DNA from: an uncultured Gemmatimonadaceae bacterium
GTDB lineage: Bacteria > Gemmatimonadota > Gemmatimonadetes > Gemmatimonadales > GWC2-71-9
DNA: 64,000 bases
Direction: 5' to 3'
NCBI GenBank assembly: GCA_964487785.1
Contig: CAZASU010000001.1
Span: 10,633-74,632 of the forward strand
In this document: piece after piece, positions 18,958 to 29,062 of the stretch
Layout of the letters: every line of letters starts with the position of its first letter
Position numbering within the stretch: the stretch's first letter is position 1
Position numbers and translations under genes: made by a program
Notes under the pieces: generated by a model
What the model was told of the DNA's origin: nothing
The model's database searches: none
The model's input: the letters and a program-made list of their open reading frames with translations, nothing else

Positions 18958-18986
18958 ATTGATGCAGCCCCCACTGGCCACACTTG

Positions 18987-19018
18987 GCCCAAAGCCCATA
19001 GCCCAAAGCCCATAGCCC
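18987..19018. repeat. Tandem 14-mer (gcccaaagcccata x2 plus a partial copy)
   Basis: Direct reading of the pdxJ-downstream intergenic spacer. Confidence 0.6.
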
Positions 19019-19022
19019 TCTA

Positions 19023-20672
19023 ATGACCAATCCCCTCGGGGCCGCCGACTTCTTCGCGTTGGAGGCAGGTGAGTGTCTGGACCGGCTGGAGACGCTCGTC
19101 TCGCAGCCGGAGCCGCCATCGGCCGACGAGTTCCTTCGAAACGCTCGCGTGCTTCGCGGCTCGGCACTCATGGCCGCCCAGGCTCACATTGCCCGGGCGG
19201 CGGCTGGGCTGGAGGCGCTCGCCCGCGCTCATCGGGAGCATCGGCGCCCCTGGGACGCGGCGACTCGGGAGCAGGTAGCGCAGGCGGTGGAGGAGTTCCG
19301 CCTGCTCGTCCGCCGGGTTTCCGAGTGGGGTGAGGCTGACACGGCCCGCGCCGTCCGGCTCGGGCGTGGACTCGAGTCTCTGGCCGGCCGAACAGCGGCC
19401 AACGTGCCGGAGCGCCCGGCGGAAGGCGAGCGGCCGGAGCTGCACACTGGAGTACGGGCGTTCGTGGCCCGTGAAGGCGCCCTGATCGCGAGCGCGCTCG
19501 ACCGGGCCGCCCGGGCGTTGCGCGCGACGCCGGGCGACCGGGAACCGCTGTACAACGTCATCCGCCGCATGCAGTCGCTTCGCGGTCTGGCCGAGCTAGG
19601 TGACCTCAGCCCGCTGCCCGAAATTCTCGACGGTATCGAGCTCGCCGTGGGCGACCTCACCCGGCTCTTCGCGCCCCCGCCCGACGTTGATAAGGTGATG
19701 GAGTGCGCCGGGCAAGCCCTGACCCGCATCTCGCGCGACGTCGCCGAGCGCGGAAGGCCCGACCCCGACGCCGAAGAGGCCCGCCGGTTCACCGAGCTGC
19801 TGCTCCGCGCCTTCGCGGTGGAGCGAGATGTCGTGCCAATCGAAGCGCTCTATTTCAGCGGCGATCCTGAGCCGCTCACTCAGCCCTTGTCGCAGCCTCA
19901 GTTCACCATGCCCGAGCCGCTGGGCCCGCTCGAGCTGGTCAGCCAGGGCGAGCATCTGTGTCAAACCGCCGACCTGATCACCGCTGCGCAATCGACCACC
20001 CAACGAGACCTCCGTTTATACCACCTCCTCGGAGTGCTTCGCTCCGCGGCGATCCCCAGTCCCGATCCGGTGGCAGGCGCGCTCGGCATCTTCGCCCGCT
20101 CGACTCAGGAAGGCCTCGCGGCTGGAGTAGCCAGCCATTCGCTGCCGGAGCTGGTTGCGCGGCTACGCGAAGCGGGCGAGCTACTTCGCGCCGTTGGAGA
20201 GAGCGACGACCGGATGCTGATCTCCCGCCGCCTGCTCGACGTGGCGCATCGGCTGGATGGGTTGCGAGCGGTGAGAGAGCCGGCATCTGCACCCGAGCCG
20301 GCAATAGTGCCGATCGAGTCACTCGCCTACGATGCCGACCAGGGCGTGGTCCCGATCGAGAGCCTCGCGCCGAAGGAGCCCAGCGAGGTGGCGTCCGGCG
20401 GCATCGAAGCCAGCTTCAGGACGTTCGACCTGCTGATCAGGCAGCGCGCGCCGGTAACCCCATCGCTCGACGCGCTGGTGCGACGTGCCCCGGAGGAGAC
20501 GGCGGTGGCCATCGGCACCCTGTGCTATAGGGGACGGGCCGCTCTCGAGCGGGCCGCCGCCCTGCGCCATGAGATCAACGCGGCGCTCACCCGCGACGCG
20601 AGCCTGGAATCCCTGCAACCACAACTCCAGGAGCTGCTCGACCTCGTTCCACTCGCGCTTGACCACTCCTGA
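19023..20672 (+). CDS. Hypothetical protein with degenerate Hpt-like helical repeats
   Basis: 549 aa. FFALEAGECLDRLETLV...FLRNARVLRGSALMA...LEAL resembles an Hpt domain with Arg in place of the phospho-His. A second similar stretch (IRRMQSLRGLAELG) has Gln at that position. Confidence 0.55.
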   Translation: MTNPLGAADFFALEAGECLDRLETLVSQPEPPSADEFLRNARVLRGSALMAAQAHIARAAAGLEALARAHREHRRPWDAATREQVAQAVEEFRLLVRRVSEWGEADTARAVRLGRGLESLAGRTAANVPERPAEGERPELHTGVRAFVAREGALIASALDRAARALRATPGDREPLYNVIRRMQSLRGLAELGDLSPLPEILDGIELAVGDLTRLFAPPPDVDKVMECAGQALTRISRDVAERGRPDPDAEEARRFTELLLRAFAVERDVVPIEALYFSGDPEPLTQPLSQPQFTMPEPLGPLELVSQGEHLCQTADLITAAQSTTQRDLRLYHLLGVLRSAAIPSPDPVAGALGIFARSTQEGLAAGVASHSLPELVARLREAGELLRAVGESDDRMLISRRLLDVAHRLDGLRAVREPASAPEPAIVPIESLAYDADQGVVPIESLAPKEPSEVASGGIEASFRTFDLLIRQRAPVTPSLDALVRRAPEETAVAIGTLCYRGRAALERAAALRHEINAALTRDASLESLQPQLQELLDLVPLALDHS

Positions 20673-21693
20673 GTTACGTACCCGGCGGAGCATCCTCCGA
20701 CGGGCTCTGCCTGCCGCACTCGGCATCGGTGTCTCGGTGGCACTGCTGGCCTGGGCCCTGCGGGGGGTCAGTGCGGAAGCGGTGCTGCGGCATGTCGCCA
20801 ACGCGCGTGCGGGTCCACTGGCCGCCGCGGTCATCGTGGCCACGCTCACCTTTCCTCTCCGGCTGATACGGTGGCGCCTGCTCCTCCGGGATGAGCGGGG
20901 GGAGCCATATCCGTCCGGGCCGCTCTGGCATGCGATTGCCCTCGGCTTTACGGCCAACAATCTGCTTCCACTTCGCGCGGGCGAGCTGATCCGTTCCTAC
21001 ACCGCTGCCCGGCTGACGCAGGCGCGATTCACCACCGTGATCTCGTCCGTGGCTGTGGAGCGCATCTTCGATGGGCTGACCGTGGTCGCCCTGCTGACCT
21101 TCGCGCTGCTCAGCTCGGATCTGCCGAGCTCGGTGAGGGTAGCCGGCACCTCCGTGACGCAACTGGCACGCGTGGCCGGTGTGGCCGGTATAGTGGCCCT
21201 GCTGATGGCGATCATGGTGGTGGCCGCGCCGCTCGCCGCCGAGAAGCTGGTCCGGCGGCTGCTACCCTCCACCCGGCTGGCGGGCCGCATCGTAGACCTG
21301 CTGGAGGGAGTCCGGCAGGGTTTGGCGGTTCTCCGATCTCCCGGCCGGCTCGCCGGCGTGATCTTCTGGTCTCTGGTGCTCTGGCTGGTTAACGGATTCG
21401 CCTTTTACCTGGGTTTCGCCGCGTTCGGCATCCCGGTGAGCTATGCCGGCGCGCTTCTGATGCAGGGGCTCCTGGTTCTTGGCATTTCCGTCCCCTCGAC
21501 CCCCGGCTTCTTCGGTCCCTTCGAGGCGGTCATCGTGGCGGTATTGGCCCTCTACGGCGTACCGGGCAGCCTCGCCTTTTCCTACGCCATCGCCTTCCAC
21601 GTCACGACGCTCATTCCCATCACTCTGCTTGGCCTATGGTCGCTGACTCGGACTCCGGAGGGATTCAGCGTGTTGCGCAGGACGCAGGCATGA
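20659..21693 (+). CDS. Flippase-like / UPF0104 (LPG-synthase TM region) integral membrane protein
   Basis: Multi-TM protein with RLIRWRLLL and FTANNLLPLRAGELIR motifs. The start is uncertain: the TTG at 20659 was chosen, whereas the listed ORF start at 20485 would overlap the upstream gene by about 190 nt. Confidence 0.6.
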   Translation: MTTPELRTRRSILRRALPAALGIGVSVALLAWALRGVSAEAVLRHVANARAGPLAAAVIVATLTFPLRLIRWRLLLRDERGEPYPSGPLWHAIALGFTANNLLPLRAGELIRSYTAARLTQARFTTVISSVAVERIFDGLTVVALLTFALLSSDLPSSVRVAGTSVTQLARVAGVAGIVALLMAIMVVAAPLAAEKLVRRLLPSTRLAGRIVDLLEGVRQGLAVLRSPGRLAGVIFWSLVLWLVNGFAFYLGFAAFGIPVSYAGALLMQGLLVLGISVPSTPGFFGPFEAVIVAVLALYGVPGSLAFSYAIAFHVTTLIPITLLGLWSLTRTPEGFSVLRRTQA

Positions 21694-22595
21694 CGGCGAC
21701 CAGCGTCACCCTGACTGCCCCAGCCAAGGTCAACCTCTTCCTTCGTGTGCTCTCGCGTGAGGCTGAGGGGTTTCACGGCATCGAGACCCTGCTCTGCCTG
21801 GTGAGCCTGGCGGACACGCTTCGAGCGGAGCGGCGGGAGGGGCGTGGAGTGACGATCGAGGTTTCCGGCGCCGATGTCGGGGCGGCGGAGCAAAACCTGG
21901 CGGTCAAGGCCGCGACCGCCGTGCTGGAAGCGGTCGGCCACCGGTTCGCCATACACCTTACGCTCACCAAGCGTATTCCTGTGCGCGCGGGCCTGGGTGG
22001 TGGGTCGAGCGACGCGGCTGCGGCCCTGCACGCCGCGAACCGTCTGGCCGGCGACCCTATCCCGCGCCACGAGCTGGTGCAGCTGGCCGCCCGCCTCGGC
22101 AGCGATGTTCCTTTTTTTTGCACCGGAGCTCCGCTGGCTCTCGCCTGGAATCGAGGCGAGCGCATGCTTCGGCTCCCCCCCCTGCCTTCGACCCCTGCCC
22201 TGCTGCTCACGCCCCGGGTGGGGGTTGCAACTGGCGAGGCGTATGGATGGGTTGATGCCGCCAGAGAATCGGCTGGGAGACGAGGGGCTGTCGCACTCGA
22301 TCTCGAAGCGCTGTCGGGCTGGGGAGATATCGCGCGTATGGCGGGGAACGACTTCGAATCGGCGGTGTTCGGCCGGCATGCGGAAGTTCGCGCCGCCTTT
22401 GAGGCGCTCGTGGGCACGCGGCCACTGCTCTGCCGTATGAGTGGCTCGGGGTCCACTCTCTTTGCGATCTACCGCTCGGTACGCGATCGCGACGACGCCG
22501 CAATGATGCTCGGCCGAAAGCACGGAACTCTCACGCCGGTAGAGACCGTCTCTACCCCGGCTCCGGGACCGGAGCCAGCGAGTCCTGTTACCTGA
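21690..22595 (+). CDS. ispE: 4-diphosphocytidyl-2-C-methyl-D-erythritol kinase
   Basis: The ATG at 21690 overlaps the upstream stop (ATGA). APAKVNLFLRVL, GFHGIETL and KRIPVRAGLGGGSSDAAAAL are present. Confidence 0.88.
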   Translation: MTATSVTLTAPAKVNLFLRVLSREAEGFHGIETLLCLVSLADTLRAERREGRGVTIEVSGADVGAAEQNLAVKAATAVLEAVGHRFAIHLTLTKRIPVRAGLGGGSSDAAAALHAANRLAGDPIPRHELVQLAARLGSDVPFFCTGAPLALAWNRGERMLRLPPLPSTPALLLTPRVGVATGEAYGWVDAARESAGRRGAVALDLEALSGWGDIARMAGNDFESAVFGRHAEVRAAFEALVGTRPLLCRMSGSGSTLFAIYRSVRDRDDAAMMLGRKHGTLTPVETVSTPAPGPEPASPVT

Positions 22596-24342
22596 TACGG
22601 ATAATTCTGGCCTTGGACGGCACTCCGTTTCCGTTGAGGATGAAAAGCAGGTAATGCCCCGGAGGAGCCAGATTGCGGCTGGCGGGTGTGGTGACCGTCA
22701 GTCCCCCGGCGGTGCCCACGAAGCTCAATTCATTGAATCTCTGGTTGGAATCAAAGGCGTGGGTCACTGAGCCAAGGCGAGTGAGGGTCACCCTGGCGAT
22801 CGCGGTGGGGGTAGGGGTGCCCACGAAAAACGATTGCCCATAGCCCAGCGTGGTTGTGGTACTCGAAATGGTAGGGCGGGTTCCCTTGAAAAGGTATGGC
22901 GGAGAGAAGATCTCCGCGTTGTAGTGATTGGCGTTGCCAAAGGCATCCCCGCTGCCGGTGACCAGAACGCGGCCGTCCGGGAGCAAGAGCGCCGTGGAGT
23001 GGTACACGCGCATGACCGAGTTGCTTGCGAGAGTAGTCCAGCGCCCGGTGCCTGGATCCCACAGCTCAGCCGCGAACACCGCACCAGCCTCGTCGGTGAA
23101 GCCCGTGCCACTGGTTCCCCCAGTTACCAGCACCTGACCAGTGGGGAGAATTGTGGCGTTGAGATGACGTCGCTTGTGGGCCATCGAGCCGGTCAGCTGC
23201 CAGGTTGGAATGGCCTGGTTCAGATCGATCGTCTCGGCGGTCGCCGTCGTGCGTCCCCCACCGGCATACAGGATCTTCCCCGGGCGGTACATCACAGCGG
23301 AGCCATAGTCGCGGGTGCCGTATTTCCGGTTGCCCACGCTGCTCCATGACCCCGTGCCCGAAGTCGAGAGATAGAACGTTGCCTGCTTCTCTCCGGCATA
23401 GAACACCCTACCGTTTGGAGCCAGAAACGTCCTCGGGTAATAAGGAAGCACTTTGCCGGCGGAGGTGAGCGCTCGCCACCCGGACCCCGTCCAGACCTCA
23501 GGCACGGTAACCACGACGCCGCTCTGGTCGCGTCCTGCTATCGTCACCGCCTCGCCGTTGGCCAGTGTCGTGGTGGTGGGGTACCAACGGCCCTTTGCCA
23601 TTGCTGGACGCGACGACCACACCATCGTTCCAGGATCGAACAGATTCGCGTCGCGAATGCCGTGATCGTCGCTGATGTGTCCTCCATTGACGAGCAGCCT
23701 GCCGTCGGACAGAAAGGCGTGACCGCTGCAGAATATCCAGTCGGGGCTCGGCACCGCCGTGAACGCTTTGGTAGCCGGGTCCCACACATAGGGAAGGCCG
23801 AACTTTCCCCAGCTCAGCACTTTCCCAGTCCGAAGCAGATGCAGGTGCAGGCCGATGATTGGCCAGGAGAATGGGGCGGTCCAGCTGCCCACGGTGGCTA
23901 CGGGACCTGCGGTCGCAAACGAGGCCGCGAGCGCCGGCGCCCCGCAAGGCACGGATTGATTGGCGCGATGGGCGACCCGCACATCATCATGGTACAGCTC
24001 GACCACACCGCTGTTCGCCGTCTCCAGTTCGGTTTCACTGAAGCCGGGATCATCGCCAGTGCCCTCGCGCAGGGTGAGGCTTCCAGTTTCCCGTGTGCCA
24101 CTCACGCGATACTGGACCTGAACCGGGCTGCTCGTTGAATTGGTGGCCAGGAACTTGTTGCCGCAGACGTACACCAGGTCGAGAGGCGCCAACATGCTGC
24201 CCTCCGGGGACTCACCGGTCGGTGGTTCCGGCCGCGACGCCGGTGACTGGGCAGTATCGAAGCATGCGGCGAGCAGAACGGCGCTGCCGAGCAGAAGTAC
24301 GAGCCAAGTTCCGGCCAGTTTGCGGTGCATACGTGCCTCCAA
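22588..24342 (-). CDS. Radical copper oxidase-like lipoprotein (glyoxal/galactose oxidase family, kelch propeller plus DUF1929 C-terminus)
   Basis: Lipobox LLAAC. Ligand-type motifs are FCSGHAFL, RWYPT, VYHSTALLLPDGRV and SVTHAFDSNQRF, with C-terminal LAPPGHYLLFILN. Confidence 0.8.
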   Translation of the reverse strand: MEARMHRKLAGTWLVLLLGSAVLLAACFDTAQSPASRPEPPTGESPEGSMLAPLDLVYVCGNKFLATNSTSSPVQVQYRVSGTRETGSLTLREGTGDDPGFSETELETANSGVVELYHDDVRVAHRANQSVPCGAPALAASFATAGPVATVGSWTAPFSWPIIGLHLHLLRTGKVLSWGKFGLPYVWDPATKAFTAVPSPDWIFCSGHAFLSDGRLLVNGGHISDDHGIRDANLFDPGTMVWSSRPAMAKGRWYPTTTTLANGEAVTIAGRDQSGVVVTVPEVWTGSGWRALTSAGKVLPYYPRTFLAPNGRVFYAGEKQATFYLSTSGTGSWSSVGNRKYGTRDYGSAVMYRPGKILYAGGGRTTATAETIDLNQAIPTWQLTGSMAHKRRHLNATILPTGQVLVTGGTSGTGFTDEAGAVFAAELWDPGTGRWTTLASNSVMRVYHSTALLLPDGRVLVTGSGDAFGNANHYNAEIFSPPYLFKGTRPTISSTTTTLGYGQSFFVGTPTPTAIARVTLTRLGSVTHAFDSNQRFNELSFVGTAGGLTVTTPASRNLAPPGHYLLFILNGNGVPSKARIIRIR

Positions 24343-24354
24343 GGGGTCTGCGAC

Positions 24355-26055
24355 TCACCCGATCCGTAGAATTCTGGCCACCGATGGTACGCCGTTGGCG
24401 GCCAGAATGAAGAGCAGGTAGTGGCCTGGAGGCGCCAGACTTCCGCTCAGGGGAGCCGTCATCGCCAGGCCGCCGGCGGCTTTTGTGAATGAGAGTTCCA
24501 GAAAACGCTGATTCTGATCGAACCCATGGGTCACCGAGCCCAGGCGCACCAGGGTGGCCCGGACGACGCGCGGTGCGTCGGGAGTAATGACAAAGAACTG
24601 CTGGCCATAGGCGACTGCCTCCGGCGCGCCGTCAATCGAGGGTCTCGCCCCATAAAACAGGTAGGGCGGCGAGAAGATCTCCGCGTTCAGCTCACGAGGA
24701 AGGTCTACACCGTCGCCGCTGCCACTGTGCAGAACCCGGCCGTCGGGCAGAAGCAGCGTGGTCGAATGATAGACCCGAGTCACCCGATTGCCGGCCAACG
24801 GGCTCCAGGCCTCGGTTCCAGGATCCCATACCTCGGCGGCACGCACCACCCCTGCGGGATCACTAAATCCCGCCGCGCTTGTTCCCCCCGTTGCGAGCAC
24901 GCTACCGTCCGGCAACAGTGTCGCATTGAACTGGCGGCGAGCATGAGCCATGGGCCTAGTGTAACGCCAACCGGGTGCCGCGAGGGTGAGGTCGATCACT
25001 TCGGCCGTACTGGTTGGAGCTCCATCGGGAGGGTCGCTCCCACCAAGAATCAGCACTCGCCCGGGCCGGTACATGACGGCCGAGCCGTAGTCGCGCCGCC
25101 CGTATCTAGTGGTGGCAACCGGGGTCCATGCCCCCGCCCCATCAGGATCGAGGTAGGAAGTTTGCGGGAGCTCGCCCGCGTAGAACACCAGTCCGTTTGG
25201 TGCCACGAACGCCCGGGGATAATAGGGCAGCTCTCGACCGGCATTGGTGAGCGCACGCCAGTGGCTGCCGGTCCACACCTCGGGAATCTCGACCTCGGCA
25301 CCTCCCTCATCCCGCCCGGCCAAGGTGAGAACCTCCCCGTTGGGCAACGTCGTGCTGGTGGGATACCAGCGTCCCCGGCTCATCGGTGCCACCGCAGTCC
25401 ACCCGCGAGAAGCCGGATCGAAGATATTCGCGTCCGGCAGCCCATGGTGATCGCTGATATGGCCGCCCGTAACCAGAAGGCGGCCGTCAGACAGGAAGGC
25501 GTGTCCGCTGCAAAACAGCATGCTGGCACTGGCAGCCGCCGTGAATGCGCCGGTCGCGGGGTCCCATATCTGGGCCTCTCCGACGCGACCCCATGACAGC
25601 ACCTGGCCGGACGGAAGCAGATGGAGGTGGACCGCTACGACCGGCCAGCCAAATGGTGCGGTCCACTCTCCAGAGGTGGCCTGAGGTTTTGGCACGGAAG
25701 CCGGGGGGCAGACTACTCCGGCATTGCTGATCGAGGCGATCTCTTCGTTGCGGTAGGAGACCTTCAGGGTGCCGCGATGCAGCGTGGTCAGGCGGGTCGT
25801 GCTCGGCGTGCTCTCCGCGGAACGGGGTGGCAGAACCAGGGCGCCCTGCTCCGAAGTACCGGCCACCGCGTATTGCGCGGTGAGGGCGGCGGGGTGCAGG
25901 CTCTGGAGGTCGAAATCGTTGCCGCAGACATAGGCCACGGCAACCGGCGCCACCCCACTACCTGGCGGGCTCGGCTTCAGGGTATCCTGGCAACTGATTG
26001 TGGCTCCAGCCAGCCACGCGGCGATGAGCCGCCCAGCCAATCTCATCCGCGGCAT
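24355..26055 (-). CDS. Radical copper oxidase-like lipoprotein, tandem paralog
   Basis: Lipobox GATISC. It has the same motif set as its neighbour (FCSGHAFL, RWYPT, VYHSTTLLLPDGRV, SVTHGFDQNQRF, LAPPGHYLLFIL). Confidence 0.8.
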   Translation of the reverse strand: MPRMRLAGRLIAAWLAGATISCQDTLKPSPPGSGVAPVAVAYVCGNDFDLQSLHPAALTAQYAVAGTSEQGALVLPPRSAESTPSTTRLTTLHRGTLKVSYRNEEIASISNAGVVCPPASVPKPQATSGEWTAPFGWPVVAVHLHLLPSGQVLSWGRVGEAQIWDPATGAFTAAASASMLFCSGHAFLSDGRLLVTGGHISDHHGLPDANIFDPASRGWTAVAPMSRGRWYPTSTTLPNGEVLTLAGRDEGGAEVEIPEVWTGSHWRALTNAGRELPYYPRAFVAPNGLVFYAGELPQTSYLDPDGAGAWTPVATTRYGRRDYGSAVMYRPGRVLILGGSDPPDGAPTSTAEVIDLTLAAPGWRYTRPMAHARRQFNATLLPDGSVLATGGTSAAGFSDPAGVVRAAEVWDPGTEAWSPLAGNRVTRVYHSTTLLLPDGRVLHSGSGDGVDLPRELNAEIFSPPYLFYGARPSIDGAPEAVAYGQQFFVITPDAPRVVRATLVRLGSVTHGFDQNQRFLELSFTKAAGGLAMTAPLSGSLAPPGHYLLFILAANGVPSVARILRIG

Positions 26056-26074
26056 TGGTGCCCAGTGCAGGAGC

Positions 26075-28813
26075 TCAGCGCTTGGTCACCCCGGCGTCCA
26101 TCATCTCGCGAACCTTTCGGGCCAGCGCGTCTGGAGCCAGCGGCTTCTGCAGGAATTCGCGGCCCTCTTCGAGCAAGCCGCGACGCACGACGTCTATGCC
26201 GGTATATCCCGAGGTAAAGAGCACCGGCACATCCGGCCACCGCTCCGCCAGACGAGCGGCCATCTCCCGGCCACCCAGATCGGGCATGACCACGTCGGCC
26301 ACGACGAGACTCACCCGTCCGGCCTGGGCATCGAGGATATCCAGCGCCACTCGACCGTCCGCGGCTTCCAGGACGCTATAACCGCAATCGCGCAGCGTCC
26401 TTGCCATGATCGCGCGGACCATCGCCTCATCTTCAGCGACGACCACCGTCTCGTTATCACGAGCGGTTGGGAGCGGCTCGCGCGGATCCGCCAAGGCCGG
26501 CAAGGTGGCCACCAGCGGCAGGTAAAGCTTGAAGGTAGTGCCGAGGTCGGGCTCGCTGTAGACCCAGATGAAGCCGCCGCTCTGTTTGACGATGCCATAC
26601 ACGGTGGAGAGCCCGAGCCCGGTTCCCTCGCCGACACCCTTGGTAGTAAAGAACGGCTCGAAGACCCGCGAGAGGGTGGCCCGGTCCATCCCGTGGCCAG
26701 TGTCGCTGACCACCAGTGCGGCGTACTGCCCGGGTCGGAGCGAATCCACCGATTTTCCAGCCGCGTAGGCCTCGTCCAGCACCACGTTCATGGTCTCGAT
26801 GGTGAGCCTTCCCTGGCCGGGCATGGCATCGCGCGCGTTCAGGGTGAGGTTGATCAGGACCTGTTCGAGCTGCCCCGGATCCGCCCGGACCGGACCGAGG
26901 CCGGGAGCGAGATGCATCCGCAGTGCCCGGGTCTCTCCCAGCGTCCGGCTGAGAATCGGCTCGAGATCCCGGATTGTGGCATTCAGGTCGAGTACCTGTG
27001 GCTGGAGTACCTGCCTGCGGCTGAAAGCAAGAAGCTGTTGGGTGATCCCGGCGGTGCGCGTAGCCGCCTTCCAGATTTGATCGACATCCTCGCGGACCGG
27101 CTCCGGCAGGTCGGTGCGCTGGAGCACGTAATCGGCGCAGCCAAGGACGACCGACATCATGTTGTTCGCCTCGTGCGCGATACCGCCGGCCAGCTGGCCG
27201 ACCGAATCCATGCGCTGGGCTTGGCGCAGCCGCTCCTCGATCAGTTTGCGCTCGGTTGTGTCGAGGCACACGCCCGTCATGTACAGCGGATTCCCCTTCG
27301 GGTTCCGGATCACCCGGCCCTGATCGGCGAGCCAACGAACCCTTCCGTCGGGAAGGACGATCCGGAATTCGTAATCCAGCCCGCCCCCTTCCTCGAGGGC
27401 GCGCCGGACCGAGGCGGCGACGAACGCGCGATCGTCCTGGTGGACCCGGCCGATGAAATGCTCGTACTGGGTGACCTGCTGCCCTGGCTCGATCCCATAG
27501 AGTTCGTGCAGCTGCTCGTCCCAGGCGAGCGTATTGCTGGCCAGGTCCCACTGCCAGGTGCCCATTCGGGCGGCCTTGAGCGCGAGCCGAAGCCGCTCCT
27601 GGCTCCGCGCCAACGCTTCCGCCGCCTGTTTCCGTTCGGTCACGTCCCGTTCGATCGACGCGGCGCCAACCACGTGCCCATGTGAGTCCCGGATGGGCGA
27701 TACGCTCACGGCGACATGGACCCGGTGCCCATCCTTTCGTATTCGCTCGGTCTCGAAAAATGCCACCCGCTCGCCCCGACCGATAGAATCCAGGAGCTCG
27801 CGCTCTGCGTCGTGGAGCTCCTCGGGGATGAGACGAAAAATTGGCTGGCCCACTATTTCGGCGGGCCGGTAGCCGAAGATCTGTTCGGCCGCCGTGTTCC
27901 AGCTGGTGACGATGCCATCGAGCGTCTTGCCGATGATGGCGTCGGATGAAGAAGCGACGATGGCCGCCAGCCGGGCGACCGCCTGCTCCGCCACTTGTTG
28001 GCTGGTAACGTCTCGGGTAAAACAGCGGGTGTGAACGAACCGGCCATCCTCGAAGTACCCGCTGGAATCGATCAGGACGTGCCTGATGGAGCCGTTCTTG
28101 GACCGCAGCCGGGCCGGATAGTCGTGCAGCACCTCACCGGCGAGAAGCCGCCGCAGGATATCGTCGATGGCGTCCCGGTCCGCGTGAAACTCGACAATGT
28201 TCCTGGCCAGGTATTCGTCGCGGTCGTAGCCCAGGAGGTCGAGCTCGGCCTGGTTGACCCTCAGAATAGTGCCGTCGGGGCCGACCCAGTGTATGGGAAC
28301 CGCGGCGTTCTCGAAGAAATCGGTGAGCTCCTGCTCTCGGCGCCGAAGCTCGGCGCCGACCTGTTTGAGGTCCTCGATATCCACCGAGGTTCCAACCCAC
28401 TGCTGCAGCCGTCCCAAGGAATCTTTCAGCGGTACGACGCGGGCCAGCATCCAGCGGTACACCCCGTCGTACCGGCGATAGCGGAGCTCCATCTCGAACG
28501 GCTGCTCCCGCTCGACAGCGCGGTTCCACCGCTGTTGAACGGCGGCGACCTCGTCGGGGTGGTTGAACTGCGACCATCCGCTCTCGTTGATTTCCTCGAG
28601 GCTCGATCCGGTGTACCGCTCCCAGGTAGTGTTGACGTAGAGGACCCGGCCGTTGACATCGCGCAGCCACAGGAAACCGGGCGCGGCCTCGCCGAAGGCT
28701 CGGTACCACTGATCAGTGGCTTGGAGCGTGGCCTCCGTCATCGGGTCAGGAGTATTGGGAACTTGCACTAGATTGGCCGCGTCTGAGCGCATGGGAAGAA
28801 AGGAGCGTGGCAT
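26075..28813 (-). CDS. Cytoplasmic multi-PAS hybrid sensor histidine kinase / response regulator
   Basis: 912 aa. Several PAS/PAC repeats, an H-box [13 protein letters not shown], HATPase motifs ([16 protein letters not shown]) and a C-terminal receiver (VVVAEDE...[10 protein letters not shown]...KP). Confidence 0.85.
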   Translation of the reverse strand: MPRSFLPMRSDAANLVQVPNTPDPMTEATLQATDQWYRAFGEAAPGFLWLRDVNGRVLYVNTTWERYTGSSLEEINESGWSQFNHPDEVAAVQQRWNRAVEREQPFEMELRYRRYDGVYRWMLARVVPLKDSLGRLQQWVGTSVDIEDLKQVGAELRRREQELTDFFENAAVPIHWVGPDGTILRVNQAELDLLGYDRDEYLARNIVEFHADRDAIDDILRRLLAGEVLHDYPARLRSKNGSIRHVLIDSSGYFEDGRFVHTRCFTRDVTSQQVAEQAVARLAAIVASSSDAIIGKTLDGIVTSWNTAAEQIFGYRPAEIVGQPIFRLIPEELHDAERELLDSIGRGERVAFFETERIRKDGHRVHVAVSVSPIRDSHGHVVGAASIERDVTERKQAAEALARSQERLRLALKAARMGTWQWDLASNTLAWDEQLHELYGIEPGQQVTQYEHFIGRVHQDDRAFVAASVRRALEEGGGLDYEFRIVLPDGRVRWLADQGRVIRNPKGNPLYMTGVCLDTTERKLIEERLRQAQRMDSVGQLAGGIAHEANNMMSVVLGCADYVLQRTDLPEPVREDVDQIWKAATRTAGITQQLLAFSRRQVLQPQVLDLNATIRDLEPILSRTLGETRALRMHLAPGLGPVRADPGQLEQVLINLTLNARDAMPGQGRLTIETMNVVLDEAYAAGKSVDSLRPGQYAALVVSDTGHGMDRATLSRVFEPFFTTKGVGEGTGLGLSTVYGIVKQSGGFIWVYSEPDLGTTFKLYLPLVATLPALADPREPLPTARDNETVVVAEDEAMVRAIMARTLRDCGYSVLEAADGRVALDILDAQAGRVSLVVADVVMPDLGGREMAARLAERWPDVPVLFTSGYTGIDVVRRGLLEEGREFLQKPLAPDALARKVREMMDAGVTKR

Positions 28814-28962
28814 CGTCAGAGCCCAGGTTCCGGGGAGCCGGGTGGGCGAACGAAGTTACGGGCCCCCGAATAGGCATGGCAAGAGGGGCGCCTGGCCTCC
28901 CTTTCGTCCAGGCTCCGGGACCGCTTAGCTTCAGGCCATCTGGGCCCCCGTACCCCAATAGC

Positions 28963-29033
28963 TGGCCCTTCGTCCAACGGCAGGACAGCGGACTTTGGAT
29001 CCGTCAATGGTGGTTCGAATCCACCAGGGCCAA
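28963..29033 (+). tRNA. tRNA-Gln (anticodon TTG)
   Basis: Manual cloverleaf: acceptor tggccct/agggcca, D stem gtcc/ggac, anticodon stem gcgga/tccgt with loop cTTTGga, T arm ggtgg-ttcgaat-ccacc, discriminator A. No CCA is encoded. Confidence 0.85.
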
Positions 29034-29034
29034 T
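28992..29034 (+). repeat. Direct repeat / putative attL (3' part of tRNA-Gln)
   Basis: actttggatccgtcaatggtggttcgaatccaccagggccaat is repeated at 40580-40622 with one mismatch. Confidence 0.75.
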
Positions 29035-29062
29035 TGAAGTTAGCTAAAACTGGGGAAGGTTT

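Noticed and set aside
20485-20658. Upstream start (20485) for the flippase-like membrane protein.
   Set aside because: It would overlap the preceding 549-aa gene by ~190 nt and would add an Arg/Pro-rich non-membrane leader. A downstream TTG just before the first TM segment is more plausible, though unproven.
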